From an uncultured Nitrospinota bacterium (lineage in GTDB: Bacteria; Tectomicrobia; Entotheonellia; J063; CAVPRW01), in contig CAVPRW010000029.1 of assembly GCA_963707985.1 (NCBI GenBank), positions 1-64,000 of the forward strand: a stretch of DNA of 64,000 nt. The letters run 5' to 3'. Shown piece after piece: positions 1-10,090 of the stretch. The position numbers were made by a program, and so were the translations under genes. The notes under the pieces were generated by a model. It saw only the letters and a list, made by a program, of their open reading frames with translations. It was not told the origin of the DNA and made no database searches. Positions within the stretch are counted from its first letter, which is position 1. Every line of letters begins with the position of its first letter.

Positions 1-252
1 GACTGCGACGCCAAGACGCCGGCGGACCATCAGGCCCTTGCCGCATTTTATGAGAAAGAAGCCCAGACGGCCCATCAACTCCACAACAAAGAACTCATCA
101 TGCGGGATGCCTATGCCGCCTCCCGCACGATGCAAGAAAAGGGCCGGCCCACCGAGCATTGCACCGTTCTCGCCGACAAATACCGGGATGTGGCCAAAGA
201 GTATGAGGCCTTAGCAGCCATGCACAAAACCATGGCTGAGGAGCTCAAGTAA
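1..252 (+). CDS. 3' part of a small helical His/Cys-containing protein, probably periplasmic metal-binding (5' end outside window)
   Basis: Frame 1 is open from base 1 to TAA at 250-252: ...AKTPADHQALAAFYEKEAQTAHQLHNK...EHCTVLADKYRDVAKEYEALAAMHKTMAEELK*. Not in the ORF track. Confidence 0.6.
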   Translation, partial: DCDAKTPADHQALAAFYEKEAQTAHQLHNKELIMRDAYAASRTMQEKGRPTEHCTVLADKYRDVAKEYEALAAMHKTMAEELK

Positions 253-553
253 GCGGGCGCTTGCCCTGTACATGCATCGCTCATCGACGATGACGTAATG
301 GTTGTGGGCACAGGCGCTGGGGATCCACAGCGGCATAGGAGTTGGCTGGCCGTGCGGTGAGAGTCAGGCTGTTGTGCGGAGGCGGTCGCTTCGTTCGCGA
401 TGCCGACCGCTCCGCAACCGTGCGGTACCGCTGACCATGATGGCCGGCTGCAGTCGTATACTATACTCATCGCGTGAACTCAAAGGGTCGAAGCCAACGT
501 CGACCACATCGGGGTCGCAGAGGTCATTGGGCCGAGACAGGAGGGCCTCCATC

Positions 554-941
554 ATGTAGGTGACACGCGGGAAGCTCCGCGCAGAGGGGTCTGGGTGTCT
601 CATGCTCTTGGGCCTCATCACCGGGCTCATCCTCATGGGAGGAACTGCCACCAGAGCGGGGACAGAGCATTACTCCTGGTCAGTCCTGCTTCCCACGACT
701 TCGGCCCCGTAATGAGGCTCGGTGGAGAAGTGCACACGAGCTTCATGGTGCACGCTCAGGAGGATGCGCCCATTAACATCCGTCGCATCTGGACTTCCTG
801 ACGGTGCACCACAGCCACCCTGGTGGTGGCCCAGCAGCAGAGTCCTACATTTGACATGTTCAACAACTATCCCATTGGTCCGAGACCCTTAAGCCTGGTG
901 AAGAGGCGACGTTGCTCGTGTCCTTCGATTCGAACTATCAT
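554..941 (+). pseudogene. Decayed DUF1573-like (seleno)protein paralog, truncated by an IS
   Basis: Nucleotide paralog of 6136-6525. ATG is followed directly by TAG, there are two frameshifts, IRRIWTS-TGA(799-801)-RCTTA is retained, and the sequence stops at the IS terminal repeat at 942. Confidence 0.8.
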
Positions 942-2049
942 GAGGCCTGGTCATAATTCGTCAGGCAGCCTTCAGAAAGGCTTTCAAACCAACTCGCAGA
1001 TCCAGGCCATGCTCAAAGCGATACCACAGCGCGAGTTGATAGACGAAGATGGCCCCGAGGGCGAACCGGCGAGTATTGCTCAAGCCCGTGGTCGGCACTT
1101 GGCCATGACTATCGAAGATGCCCTTAAACTGTTCGTTGAAGTTCTCGATCGCCAGCGAGCGCAGCTTGTGAAAGAGGCGGCGCACCTCCACCCCGTCGTC
1201 GGCGTGGGGGTAAGCGCCCACGGCGAGGCGTGATCAGGATGCGGCCTACGGCAGCGCAGCCTTGTGACAGCTCTGGATCGGCATAGGCGGTGTCGCCCAA
1301 GACGAAGTGCGCCTCGGGCGGCAGCTCCGACAACAGCCGTGGCGCGATCTCGTTGTCAGCGTGGTTGGCAGCGGTCAGTTCCGCCGCGACGGGAATCCAC
1401 ACCGCGGCCACCACGGTGACCAGGTGCAGCTTCCAGCCGTAGACCCAACCGTGCCAGCCCGACTTGGTCCAGTGGGCCTCGGGATCGATAGAGGTATGGG
1501 GTACGACGCCTTGTTCCCGATGCTTTTTGTGCCACACGCCGCCCTTGGCCCGCAGGACCGTGCTGTCGATCGCGACCGCCCGGCCATACGTGGCCCATGG
1601 GTCGATCAGGGTGACCAGACAGCGCCCTAAACAGCCGATTTGTGCCGGCAGCGTGTCAGGCAGGGCGTTCAAGCGCCGCTCCCAAGTCCGCCGGGTTGGA
1701 AAGCGGCCAGCCTCCGTCAGCAGAGCGCGCATGAGGTGCATCTCGGCCGTCGGCTCGTGGAGCACGCTCAGTCATGCATGCACGCGGTGCAGATGCCGGA
1801 CAATCATGATGACCAACGCCTTTAAAAACAGACGGTCTGAATAGACCTTCGGCCGGCCCCTGCCGCGCTGCGCGGGGGAGGGGGGCATCGGCACACGGTC
1901 CACGAGCTTGACCAAGATGACAAGGAGCGAGTCGCGCATTATCATAGAAGCTACCTCCGTTTTAGGGGTTAGGGGTCACTTCTATGGTACGGAGGTGGCC
2001 GCGTTCGGGTCAAGCCTGAGCGCGGCCTTATGATTTATGACCACGCCTC
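942..2049 (-). mobile_element. Insertion sequence (IS5/IS982-like DDE), about 1.1 kb
   Basis: Terminal inverted repeats GAGGCCTGGTCATAA (942-956) and TTATGACCACGCCTC (2035-2049), 14/15 match, enclose a DDE transposase. Confidence 0.85.
961..1945 (-). pseudogene. DDE transposase, disrupted
   Basis: Motifs AIDST, YGWKLH, GDTAY, RSLAIENFN. Premature TGA near 1772 and a frameshift near 1225. Confidence 0.85.
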
Positions 2050-2299
2050 AACTAGCTTTGACGGGCTGGGGGTGTGCACAAGATGACAGTCCGGCCGTCA
2101 GACCATGGCGTGGCATCGGGCGGCGCACGGCTGATTCAGCAGCGCTGCCCGACATACTCCGCAGCCCGTCGATTCTTGCTGGTAAACCCTGCAGTTTGTA
2201 GAGAACCCCGACAGTGGCTTTGGCGTGGAATGGCCGAGCTCTGAGGAGCCCGGCCTGGTAGAGGCGACCGCACTCGTACCGAATTGGAGGTGAACACTT

Positions 2300-3805
2300 G
2301 TGATAACCCGATATGCTCGACGCCGCATCGTGCTTTTCCTTTTCACGGTGGTAGGCATATTCAGCATGGTTAGCACGGCTGGGTATGCCGACAGTCTGCA
2401 CGGTGCCAGCTGGCCTGTCTGGTTGGCGACGTGTGCGGGTGGCACAATCCGGCATGCAATCTACCAGGTGGCTCAGGCAGCCGGCGGGACATCGAGCTCC
2501 ACTCCTTCGCAGAAGAGCCCAGCGGCCGAGTACACACCCAACGTCCGCTTCAGACTCAGGACCACCCTGGCTGAAGGCAAGCTCGCCTTCGTCGGCGTGA
2601 GCGGCAGCATCGATGGGCAGGTGAACCCTAGCCTCCGAGTTAACGACGGAGACGTCGTCCAGGTGGATCTTGTCAATGACGACGGGGTGGAGCACGATAT
2701 TATCTTCCCAGACTTCGACGCCGCCACCGATCGTGTCGTCCGCAAAGGGGCGAGCAGCGTGACCGTTTTCCGGGCTGACAAAGCTGGTGAGTTCGTGTAC
2801 TTTTGCTCCGTGCCAGGCCATCGGCAGGCGGGCATGGAAGGCAAGCTTGTCGTCGGCGCCCCCGCTGTCGCCCGCGCCACCCCCCAAGGGGTGAGTATCG
2901 CCCGGGCTCCCACGGACCTCCCCGGCCCAATCGGGCCACGGTCACCGTCGACCGCCCGCGTCGACCTGGAGGCTGTGGAGGTGGTGGGGCAGCTAGGGGC
3001 TGATACTACCTACACATATTGGACCTTTAACGGCAAAGTGCCTGGCCCCTTCATCCGTGTGCGTGTTAATGATACGGTCGAAGTCCATTTACGGAACCAG
3101 GTCAACAGTCGCATGATTCATTCTGTGGACTTCCATGCCGTGACGGGCCCAGGCGGTGGGGCAGTCCTGACGCAGACCCCCCCCAGCCAAGAGCGAGTGT
3201 TTACCTTTAAAGCGCTCAACCCCGGCCTCTACGTCTACCACTGCGCCACCCCGATGGTCGCCAATCACATCACCAATGGCATGTACGGGCTGATCCTTGT
3301 CGAACCCGAACAGGGCCTGCCGCCGGTGGACCGGGAATTTTACCTTATGCAGGGAGAAGTCTACACCCAACAAGCGTTTGGGCAGCATGGTCACCACGAG
3401 TTCAGCCTCGAGAAGCTGCTAGCCGAGAAGCCGGAGTACTTTGTGTTCAATGGCGCTGTAGGTGCCCTCACACAGGAACATCCGCTGCAGGCTCAGGTAG
3501 GCGAGACCGTCCGCCTATTCTTCGGCGTCGGTGGCCCAAATTCCACGTCGTCATTCCATGTCATCGGCGAAATCCTCGATCGGGTTTTTAATCAAGCCGC
3601 TCTGACGGCACCCCCACTGACGGATGTGCAGACGACATTGGTGCCGCCGGGTGGGGCGGCAGTCGTCGAGTTCAAAGTGGAGGTTCCCGGACGCTACATC
3701 CTTGTGGATCACGCGCTTTCGCGCCTAGAGCGCGGATTGGTAGGCTTTCTCCTCGTCCAGGGTCCCGAGAACCTGGAGGTATTTCACTCGGGGCCAGCTC
3801 ACTGA
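2300..3805 (+). CDS. nirK: Copper-containing nitrite reductase with an extra N-terminal cupredoxin domain
   Basis: HSVDFHAVTGPGGG, YHCATPMVANHITNGMYG, SSFHVIGE and YILVDHAL. Extra type-1 Cu site EHD...YFCSVPGHRQAGMEG. Signal-like N-terminus and GGAGG RBS. Confidence 0.93.
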   Translation: MITRYARRRIVLFLFTVVGIFSMVSTAGYADSLHGASWPVWLATCAGGTIRHAIYQVAQAAGGTSSSTPSQKSPAAEYTPNVRFRLRTTLAEGKLAFVGVSGSIDGQVNPSLRVNDGDVVQVDLVNDDGVEHDIIFPDFDAATDRVVRKGASSVTVFRADKAGEFVYFCSVPGHRQAGMEGKLVVGAPAVARATPQGVSIARAPTDLPGPIGPRSPSTARVDLEAVEVVGQLGADTTYTYWTFNGKVPGPFIRVRVNDTVEVHLRNQVNSRMIHSVDFHAVTGPGGGAVLTQTPPSQERVFTFKALNPGLYVYHCATPMVANHITNGMYGLILVEPEQGLPPVDREFYLMQGEVYTQQAFGQHGHHEFSLEKLLAEKPEYFVFNGAVGALTQEHPLQAQVGETVRLFFGVGGPNSTSSFHVIGEILDRVFNQAALTAPPLTDVQTTLVPPGGAAVVEFKVEVPGRYILVDHALSRLERGLVGFLLVQGPENLEVFHSGPAH

Positions 3806-3996
3806 GCATCCGCGGGCCAGGGGCTCGCCTCCATACCGTTGGCGGGCCCGTGATCGACCAACTCACACATCCCGAAGGAGTGCGTGAAGGGTGCAGTGCC
3901 GTTCCAACGGCACTGCACCCGTGGACCGAGATGCGGAGATAAGCGCCCCCGGCGGTGCGCCTGCCAACCGGAGGGCCTGGGAGGAGAAGGCTTCCG

Positions 3997-4302
3997 TTAA
4001 CGCGCCAACAGATAGCTCCCCACAGCAATAGAGACGACGCCAACCACATCCCTCGGGGATAGATCACGGTCCATCATGTAGCTGGCCATCAGTCCTAACA
4101 CGGCAAAGACGGCGTTTCCCAGAAACCAGACCTGTATGAATTTGGGGGCATAGCCATAGGCATAGCTGTACCCCAACTGCGCCCCGATGAGCAACGGCAC
4201 CAGCAACAGCACAAGCCTCAGGCGAAAGCCGATGGCCCGCAGCAATACGTTATTCGTCGTGATCAATAGACTCGCCCCTAGCACTCCGAGCCACCAAGTC
4301 AC
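3997..4302 (-). CDS. Small hydrophobic membrane protein (DMT/SMR-like)
   Basis: About 100 aa with around four hydrophobic segments. GTG start after a purine-rich RBS. Confidence 0.5.
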   Translation of the reverse strand: MTWWLGVLGASLLITTNNVLLRAIGFRLRLVLLLVPLLIGAQLGYSYAYGYAPKFIQVWFLGNAVFAVLGLMASYMMDRDLSPRDVVGVVSIAVGSYLLAR

Positions 4303-4601
4303 GCATTTCCCCCCTTCACCGTGGCATTCTGTGCCATCGCTTGCATGTGTCGTTAGGGTCCATCCCCAGGCCCCATCCGTTCCCGTGGCAACGTAATGCA
4401 TTTCTTGCTGCGCTACCAGGGCTCTATAAACCCTGCCATCTGTTCTCCCATCCCACCCGACTGATGTTCTGCTCGTTCGAAACCATCGCCAAAAAAGCAT
4501 TGACAGCTATGGGCCTGACATACCAGTATAGCAAATGTACGGAGCGGTCGAAGGGAGAGATTGGACCTGTCGCGCTCGGCCCGGACACGGCGCCATGCGG
4601 A

Positions 4602-4985
4602 TTCTGTTCTCCGGCTTCCCGTTCTCCATCGCCAGCAGGCCCGAAGTCTTCCACTGGTAGACGTCTCTGTTCCCCGCCTGGCACGTCATAGAGATCGCCC
4701 GCGGGATCGCGCTCAAAGGGGGCGGATAGGAGCAGCTCTGGTGCAATGCCGCCCTTCTCCTGGCCTACGGGGCGGCCATAGTGATGCTGGCCTGCCTGCG
4801 GTTTCGGAAGCGGATCGGCCGAGCCATGGGACCACTCACAGCACTGATCGCCAAAGAATTCATCCAATGCGTCCGCCGCAAGCCGCTGGTCCTCCTGGTC
4901 ATCTGGACGATCGCGGTCGAGATCGCCATGTGCGCCGACGCTATCACCGACGACGTGCCCCATATCCGCCTGGCGGCACGCGATG
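4602..4985 (+). pseudogene. Remnants of two adjacent ABC-2 type permease genes
   Basis: FSGFPFSIASRPEVFHW*TSLFPAWHVIEIARGIALKG (C-terminus, with stops) followed by MGPLTALIAKEFIQ...DVPHIRLA (N-terminus of the next permease). Confidence 0.6.
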
Positions 4986-5692
4986 CAGCGCCTGGGGGCC
5001 GTGGTTGGAACCGTAGAGCCCATCCCAGCGGTGCGCAACCAGCGCCGAGAACCTGCAGCAGGCCCTGCTCTTGGCCTTCTCACAACTAGCGTATTACTCG
5101 TCCTCGCCAGCCTGATGCAGGCGCTGATGTATGGTGACGATCTCACCGTGCCGCACCATCCCTCACTATGCCTCGACGCCAACTTTCCAGCAGCACTGCA
5201 GGAGAGCAACTGGCTGCTCCATACTGCAGACAAGACCGTTCACCTCCATCTGCGGCATCTCACCAGGACTCTTCCTTGGGTTCTCAACGCCGCCCTGCCA
5301 GCGGGCCTCTGCGCCTTCCCCTGCTCCTTTACCGCAAAGCCGGACAGCACGGGCATCGAACTTCCCTCCGGGTGTCCTCCCAGTGCTCCAGCGATGAGCT
5401 GGCAGCCGGCGTAATCCCACCGACCAGGCGTTCATCGTCCATCGACCATACTGTCGACGTCGTCGCCGGGATCTCCCAGGCGCTAACGGCAAAACACAGG
5501 GTGCTGAAAGCGTTGGCCAAGCTCCTGATCGAGCAAGCGAGCGTGGACCATGCTGCGCTCATCCAGTCGATGGCCGTGAAGCGATGGGCGCAGTGCTGGT
5601 GGAACTGGAACGAGTGTCACGTGGGGAAGATGCATGGAAAAGCGTTCCAAGAACTCGTGGATCAACAAGGCAGGCCATGAAGGAAGAACGCC

Positions 5693-5857
5693 ATGATCGA
5701 GTTAATGCAAAGTAACTGGTTTTGGATTGTGCTGATCATATTTTTCATCTGGATGCATGGTTTGGGTATGGGTTGCGGTGGGCATGACGAGGAACATACA
5801 CACGGAAGCAGGGCCGGACGGAGGCAACGGGAAGAAGACGAGGGGCATCACCATTAA
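5693..5857 (+). CDS. Small membrane-anchored His-rich protein (DUF2933-like), 54 aa
   Basis: MIELMQSNWFWIVLIIFFIWMHGLGMGCGGHDEEHTHG...EGHHH*. AGGAAG RBS. Below the ORF-track length cutoff. Confidence 0.7.
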   Translation: MIELMQSNWFWIVLIIFFIWMHGLGMGCGGHDEEHTHGSRAGRRQREEDEGHHH

Positions 5858-6135
5858 TCGATACGCGATGCTTTGGGGCGCGCAGCTCAAGTAAGCTGGC
5901 GCTTGCCCTGCGGAGGCACGCGAGCGGAAGGATGCCGCGCCACGACGAGGGATGGGGAGTATAATACGCGGTATCGCCCGGCGGGTGACCTCGCCGAAAC
6001 CGCGTCAGAGGGCTGAGTATGGTCACCGGCCGAAGTGATACGATAGGAGAAGCTAAAAGGCCCGTGAGTTCGAGGCTCCTTCGATTCGAACCGGACTCAC
6101 CTATGTCATGCTGGCGAGAGAGGAGGGCACGTATC

Positions 6136-6696
6136 ATGATGGTGACATGCGCGAAACTCCGCGCAGAGGGGTATGGGTGTCTCATGCTCATGGGCCTCTT
6201 CACCTGGCTCATCCTTATGCGGGGAACGGCGTCCAGAGCGGATACAGCGTCGTCACTCTTGGTCAGTCCTGATTCGCATGACTTCGGCGTCGTGAAGCGA
6301 CTTGGCGGCCAGGTGCACACGAGGTTCATGGTGCACGTTCAGGGAGATACTCCCATCAAAATCCGTCGCATCTGGACTTCCTGATCGTGCACCACAGCCG
6401 CCCTTGTGGTGGCCCAGCGGCAAAGTCCTACGTTCGACACGTCCGACAATCACCCACACTGGTCCGAGACCCTTAAGCCCGGCGGGGAGGCAACATTGCT
6501 CGTGTCCTTCGATCCGAACTATCATGGGCCTGAGGGCGTCGGGGTGCAGCAGAAGGCCATACGTATTACCGCCGGAGATATACAGGAGCCATTGGCAGAA
6601 ATGAGATTGACGGCGACCATTATCGACGAGCCGGGACAGGAAGGTGTTCCTGGTTCTCCCGCAGCGGGTGCGCATGGACAGAAAGGGCATCATTGA
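6136..6696 (+). CDS. DUF1573-like exported protein, probable selenoprotein (U-x-C; in-frame TGA at 6382-6384)
   Basis: ORFs 6019-6384 and 6406-6696 are in the same frame. Joined product: HDFG...IRRIWTS-U-SCTTA...LKPGGEATLLVSFDPNYHGPEG. The TGA aligns with the first Cys of the family TSCxCT motif. AGGAGG RBS at 6121. Confidence 0.82.
6397..6413 (+). promoter_or_regulatory. Candidate bacterial SECIS hairpin
   Basis: GCCGCC-CTTGT-GGTGGC starts 12 nt after the TGA. The paralog has GCCACC-CTGGT-GGTGGC at 814-830 with the same spacing. Confidence 0.6.
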
Positions 6697-6840
6697 GGAT
6701 GGCGCTGAGTTGCGCCTGCGCTACCAGTTGGCGTCATGGCTCGTCTAGGACAGGCGAACTGACGAGCGTTTGAGTCTGTGTGGGAGAAGAGGCCAGCAGT
6801 TTCGGGCGCATGCACAGTCTCACCGCGAAAGGACCTTATT

Positions 6841-9324
6841 ATGGAACAGCATCATCGACCGAGGTCGGCAGTCGAGCCAGAGACGATCCCCACCGACACC
6901 ACGGACCCCGTCTGCGGCATGACGGTAGACCCTGAGCGTGCGGCAGGGATCTTCGACTATCAGGGGCGGAGGTATCTCTTCTGCAGCCCGTCCTGTCTCA
7001 CGCGGTTTCAGGCCACACCTGAACAGTATATACACCACCCATCGACGGAGGAGGCGCACGCTGCCCCTCAGGAGTTGCCCACAAGGGAGACCGTCGAGTA
7101 TACCTGTCCGATGCATCCGGAGGTCCGTCAACGAGGCCCAGGTGCCTGCCCAAAGTGTGGCATGGCACTCGAGCCCGTCACCCTGGCGGCCCCGGTGACT
7201 CGCACCGAATATACCTGCCCCATGCATCCCGAGATCGTGCGACAAGAGCCTGGCTTTTGCCCCATCTGCGGCATGGCGCTTGAGCCCCGCATAGTGAGCA
7301 TGGCGGAGGAGGCCAATCCTGAGGTGATCGACATGACCCGCCGATTCTGGATCAGCCTCGGTCTGACGCTCCCCCTCCTGGTCATAGCTATGGCAGAGAT
7401 GATCCTGGGGGATCAGGTGTCGCATGTCCTCTCCGGCCGTCTATTCATCTGGGTCCAGCTCGCTCTGGCGACCCCAGTGGTGCTCTGGGGCGGCTGGCCG
7501 TTCTTCGAGCGCGGCTGGGCCTCCCTGGTCAACCACAGCCTCAATATGTTTACCCTCATCGCGATCGGCGTTGGCACGGCCTATGGGTACAGTGTCGTGG
7601 CGACCCTTTTTCCGGACATCTTCCCGCACGCCTTCCGGGGCCACGGTGGCGAGCCAGCGGTCTATTTCGAGGCGGCCGCGGTGATTACGACCCTCGTCCT
7701 CCTGGGCCAAGTACTCGAGCTCCGTGCGCGGAGTCAAACCAGTAGTGCCATTAAGGCGCTCTTGGGCCTTGCCCCGAAGACAGCCCGTCGGCTTCGGGAT
7801 GACGACACGGAAGAAGATATCCCGCTGGCGCATGTCCAGCCGGGCGACAGGCTCCGCATCCGTCCGGGAGAGAAAGTGCCCGTAGACGGCATGGTCCTTG
7901 AGGGCGAGAGTGCCGTGGATGAGTCGATGATCACGGGTGAGCCAGTACCGGTGGAAAAAGTCCGGGGAACCCGCCTCACCGGGGGGACGGTCAACGGCAC
8001 CGGCAGCCTCGTGATGCGAGCGGAGCGCGTTGGCAATGAGACGCTCCTGGCCCAGATTGTGCGCATGGTGAGCGAAGCCCAGCGCACGCGCGCTCCCATC
8101 CAGCGCTTGGCCGATACCGTCTCGGCCTACTTCGTCCCGGCGGTTGTGCTCATCGCGGTCCTCACCTTCATCATGTGGGCGCTGATCGGCCCCGAACCGC
8201 GCCTGGCCTATGCCCTCGTCAACGCCGTCGCGGTGCTCATCATCGCCTGTCCTTGCGCCTTAGGGCTGGCGACGCCCATGTCCATTATGGTGGCAACTGG
8301 CCGTGGGGCTATGGCGGGAGTGCTGATCAAAAATGCCGAGGCGCTGGAGGTGCTGGAACAGGTGGATACACTCGTGGTGGATAAGACCGGGACACTCACC
8401 GAGGGCAAGCCCCGTCTGGTCTCTGTGGTTGCATTACCGGAACAGGATGAGATCGCACTCCTGCGTCTGGCCGCAAGCCTTGAGCAAGGGAGCGAGCATC
8501 CGCTGGCCGCGGCCATTATCGCTGGCGCGCACGAGCGGGGAATCACCGAGGCCGCAGTCCAGGACTTCCGCTCGCTCACCGGCAAGGGAGTGGTCGGCAC
8601 GGTCGGACGGCCAGACGGTGGCCCTCGGCAACCGCGCACTCATCGACGAACTATACCTTAACATCGGCGAGCTCTGCCGAGAAGGCCGAGCACCTACGGC
8701 GGGACGGGCAGACCGTGATGTTCGTCGCCGTGAACGGCACAGCCGTCGGACTCCTCGGCGTCGCTGACCCCATCAAGGCGTCCGCCTTCGAGGCCATTCG
8801 AAATGCTGCACGAGGACGGCATCCGCATCGTGATGCTGACCGGCGACAGCCGCACGACCGCCGAGGCAGTGGCCCGCAAGCTCGGGATCGACGAGGTAGA
8901 AGCCGAGGTCCTGCCGGAGCAGAAGGTCGAGGTCGTGAAGCGCCTCCAGGCCGAGGGCCGCATCGTCGCCATGGCCGGCGACGGCATCAACGATGCGCCG
9001 GCCCTGGCCCAAGCTCATGTGGGCATCGCCATGGGCACCGGGACGGACGTCGCCATCGAGAGTGCCGGGATGACACTCTGGTGAAGGGCGATCTGCGCGG
9101 GAATTGTCCGGGCCCGCCGGCTCAGCCGGGCGACGATGCGCAACATCCGGCAGAATCTCTTCTTCGCGTTTATCTATAACGCCCTTGGCGTGCCGATCGC
9201 CGCGGGCGTGCTCTACCCGGTCTTCGGGCTGCTGTTGAGCCCCATCATTGCCAGCGCGGCCATGACCTTCAGCTCCGTCTCCGTTATCGCCAATGCGCTA
9301 CGGCTGCGGAAGCTCGTGCTATAA
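6841..9324 (+). CDS. copA: Cu(I)-translocating P1B-type ATPase with a YHS domain and two YTCPMHPE metal-binding domains; frameshifted in the 3' third
   Basis: DPVCGM...FCS (YHS), 2x [35 protein letters not shown] and M..SS motifs. About five single-base insertions between about 8605 and 9105. Confidence 0.9.
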
Positions 9325-9344
9325 ATTGAGAGGAGGGAAGGCAC

Positions 9345-9425
9345 ATGGCAAAAGACCCGGTATGTGGAATGCAAGTCGACGAGGCTCCCGAGCGCTATAC
9401 GGGCCAGGGCACGACGTCGCGCTGA
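9345..9425 (+). pseudogene. Truncated YHS-domain protein
   Basis: AGGAGG RBS, then MAKDPVCGMQVDE...* (26 aa). The second half of the YHS motif is missing. Confidence 0.6.
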
Positions 9426-9536
9426 TAGGCAGAGGCGATGGAACACGGTGACGATGCGGTGCCCCGGCGCAACAATAGCCTAGTCGAGCATATCTGTGGC
9501 CACCGGCCACCCGCATGCATCAAGGGAGGAGAAGCG

Positions 9537-9997
9537 ATGACAGACGGCATCGCGCGGCGACGGTTTCTTACCCAACTGACCTTCGCGTTGACCGTGGGCG
9601 CGACTGGCGGCTCCCTCGTGTGGTGGGCCTCGGCTTCTGCCGAGCCGCCACAGCGAAAGACCCCAAGCGGCGACCTGCTGGAGACGGTGCCGCGGGGTGA
9701 GCTCCGTCCTTTGTCCGCAAGGGTGGGCCAAAGGTGGAAGCGGTCTACCGCTATGCGATGGAGCACGGAGAGATTCTCCAATACATCCCGTGCGTCTGCG
9801 GCTGCGGAGCGATCAGGCACCGGCACAACGCCGATTGCTATGAGGCCGAACGGCTCCCGGATGGGGCCATCACCTTTACCAACCACGGGGCAAGATGAGA
9901 CGTCTGCCTGAACATCACGCGTGACGTGATGGCAGAGAAGGCGAATTATCAGGGAAATTCTTCGCCTCCAAGGCAGACATACAACACGCTTGCATAG
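9537..9997 (+). CDS. Tat-exported PCYCGC-motif family protein, probable selenoprotein (U-x-x-C; TGA at 9896-9898); 1-nt frameshift near 9704
   Basis: ARRRFL twin-arginine leader. Restoring one C at about 9704 gives ...YRYAMEHGEILQYIPCVCGCGAIRHRHNADCY...FTNHGAR-U-DVCLNITRDV. Confidence 0.75.
9903..9936 (+). promoter_or_regulatory. Candidate bacterial SECIS hairpin
   Basis: Perfect 7-bp stem CATCACG/CGTGATG (9913-9931) with loop CGTGA, starting 14 nt after the TGA. Lower stem TCTGC/GCAGA. Confidence 0.6.
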
Positions 9998-10090
9998 ACT
10001 AGGACTCTGGGGACGAGAACAACAGTAGTCTCCTTCCAATGGGAGAATGGCATGGGGGGCTTGTCCTCATACGGGAGAGAGGAGATTGCC

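Noticed and set aside
1770..1776. In-frame TGA in the transposase as recoding
   Set aside because: Not at a Cys-type motif, and the gene is also frameshifted. Pseudogene.
4983..5680. ORFs between the ABC remnants and the His-rich mini-gene
   Set aside because: No recognisable motifs or convincing starts. Left unannotated.
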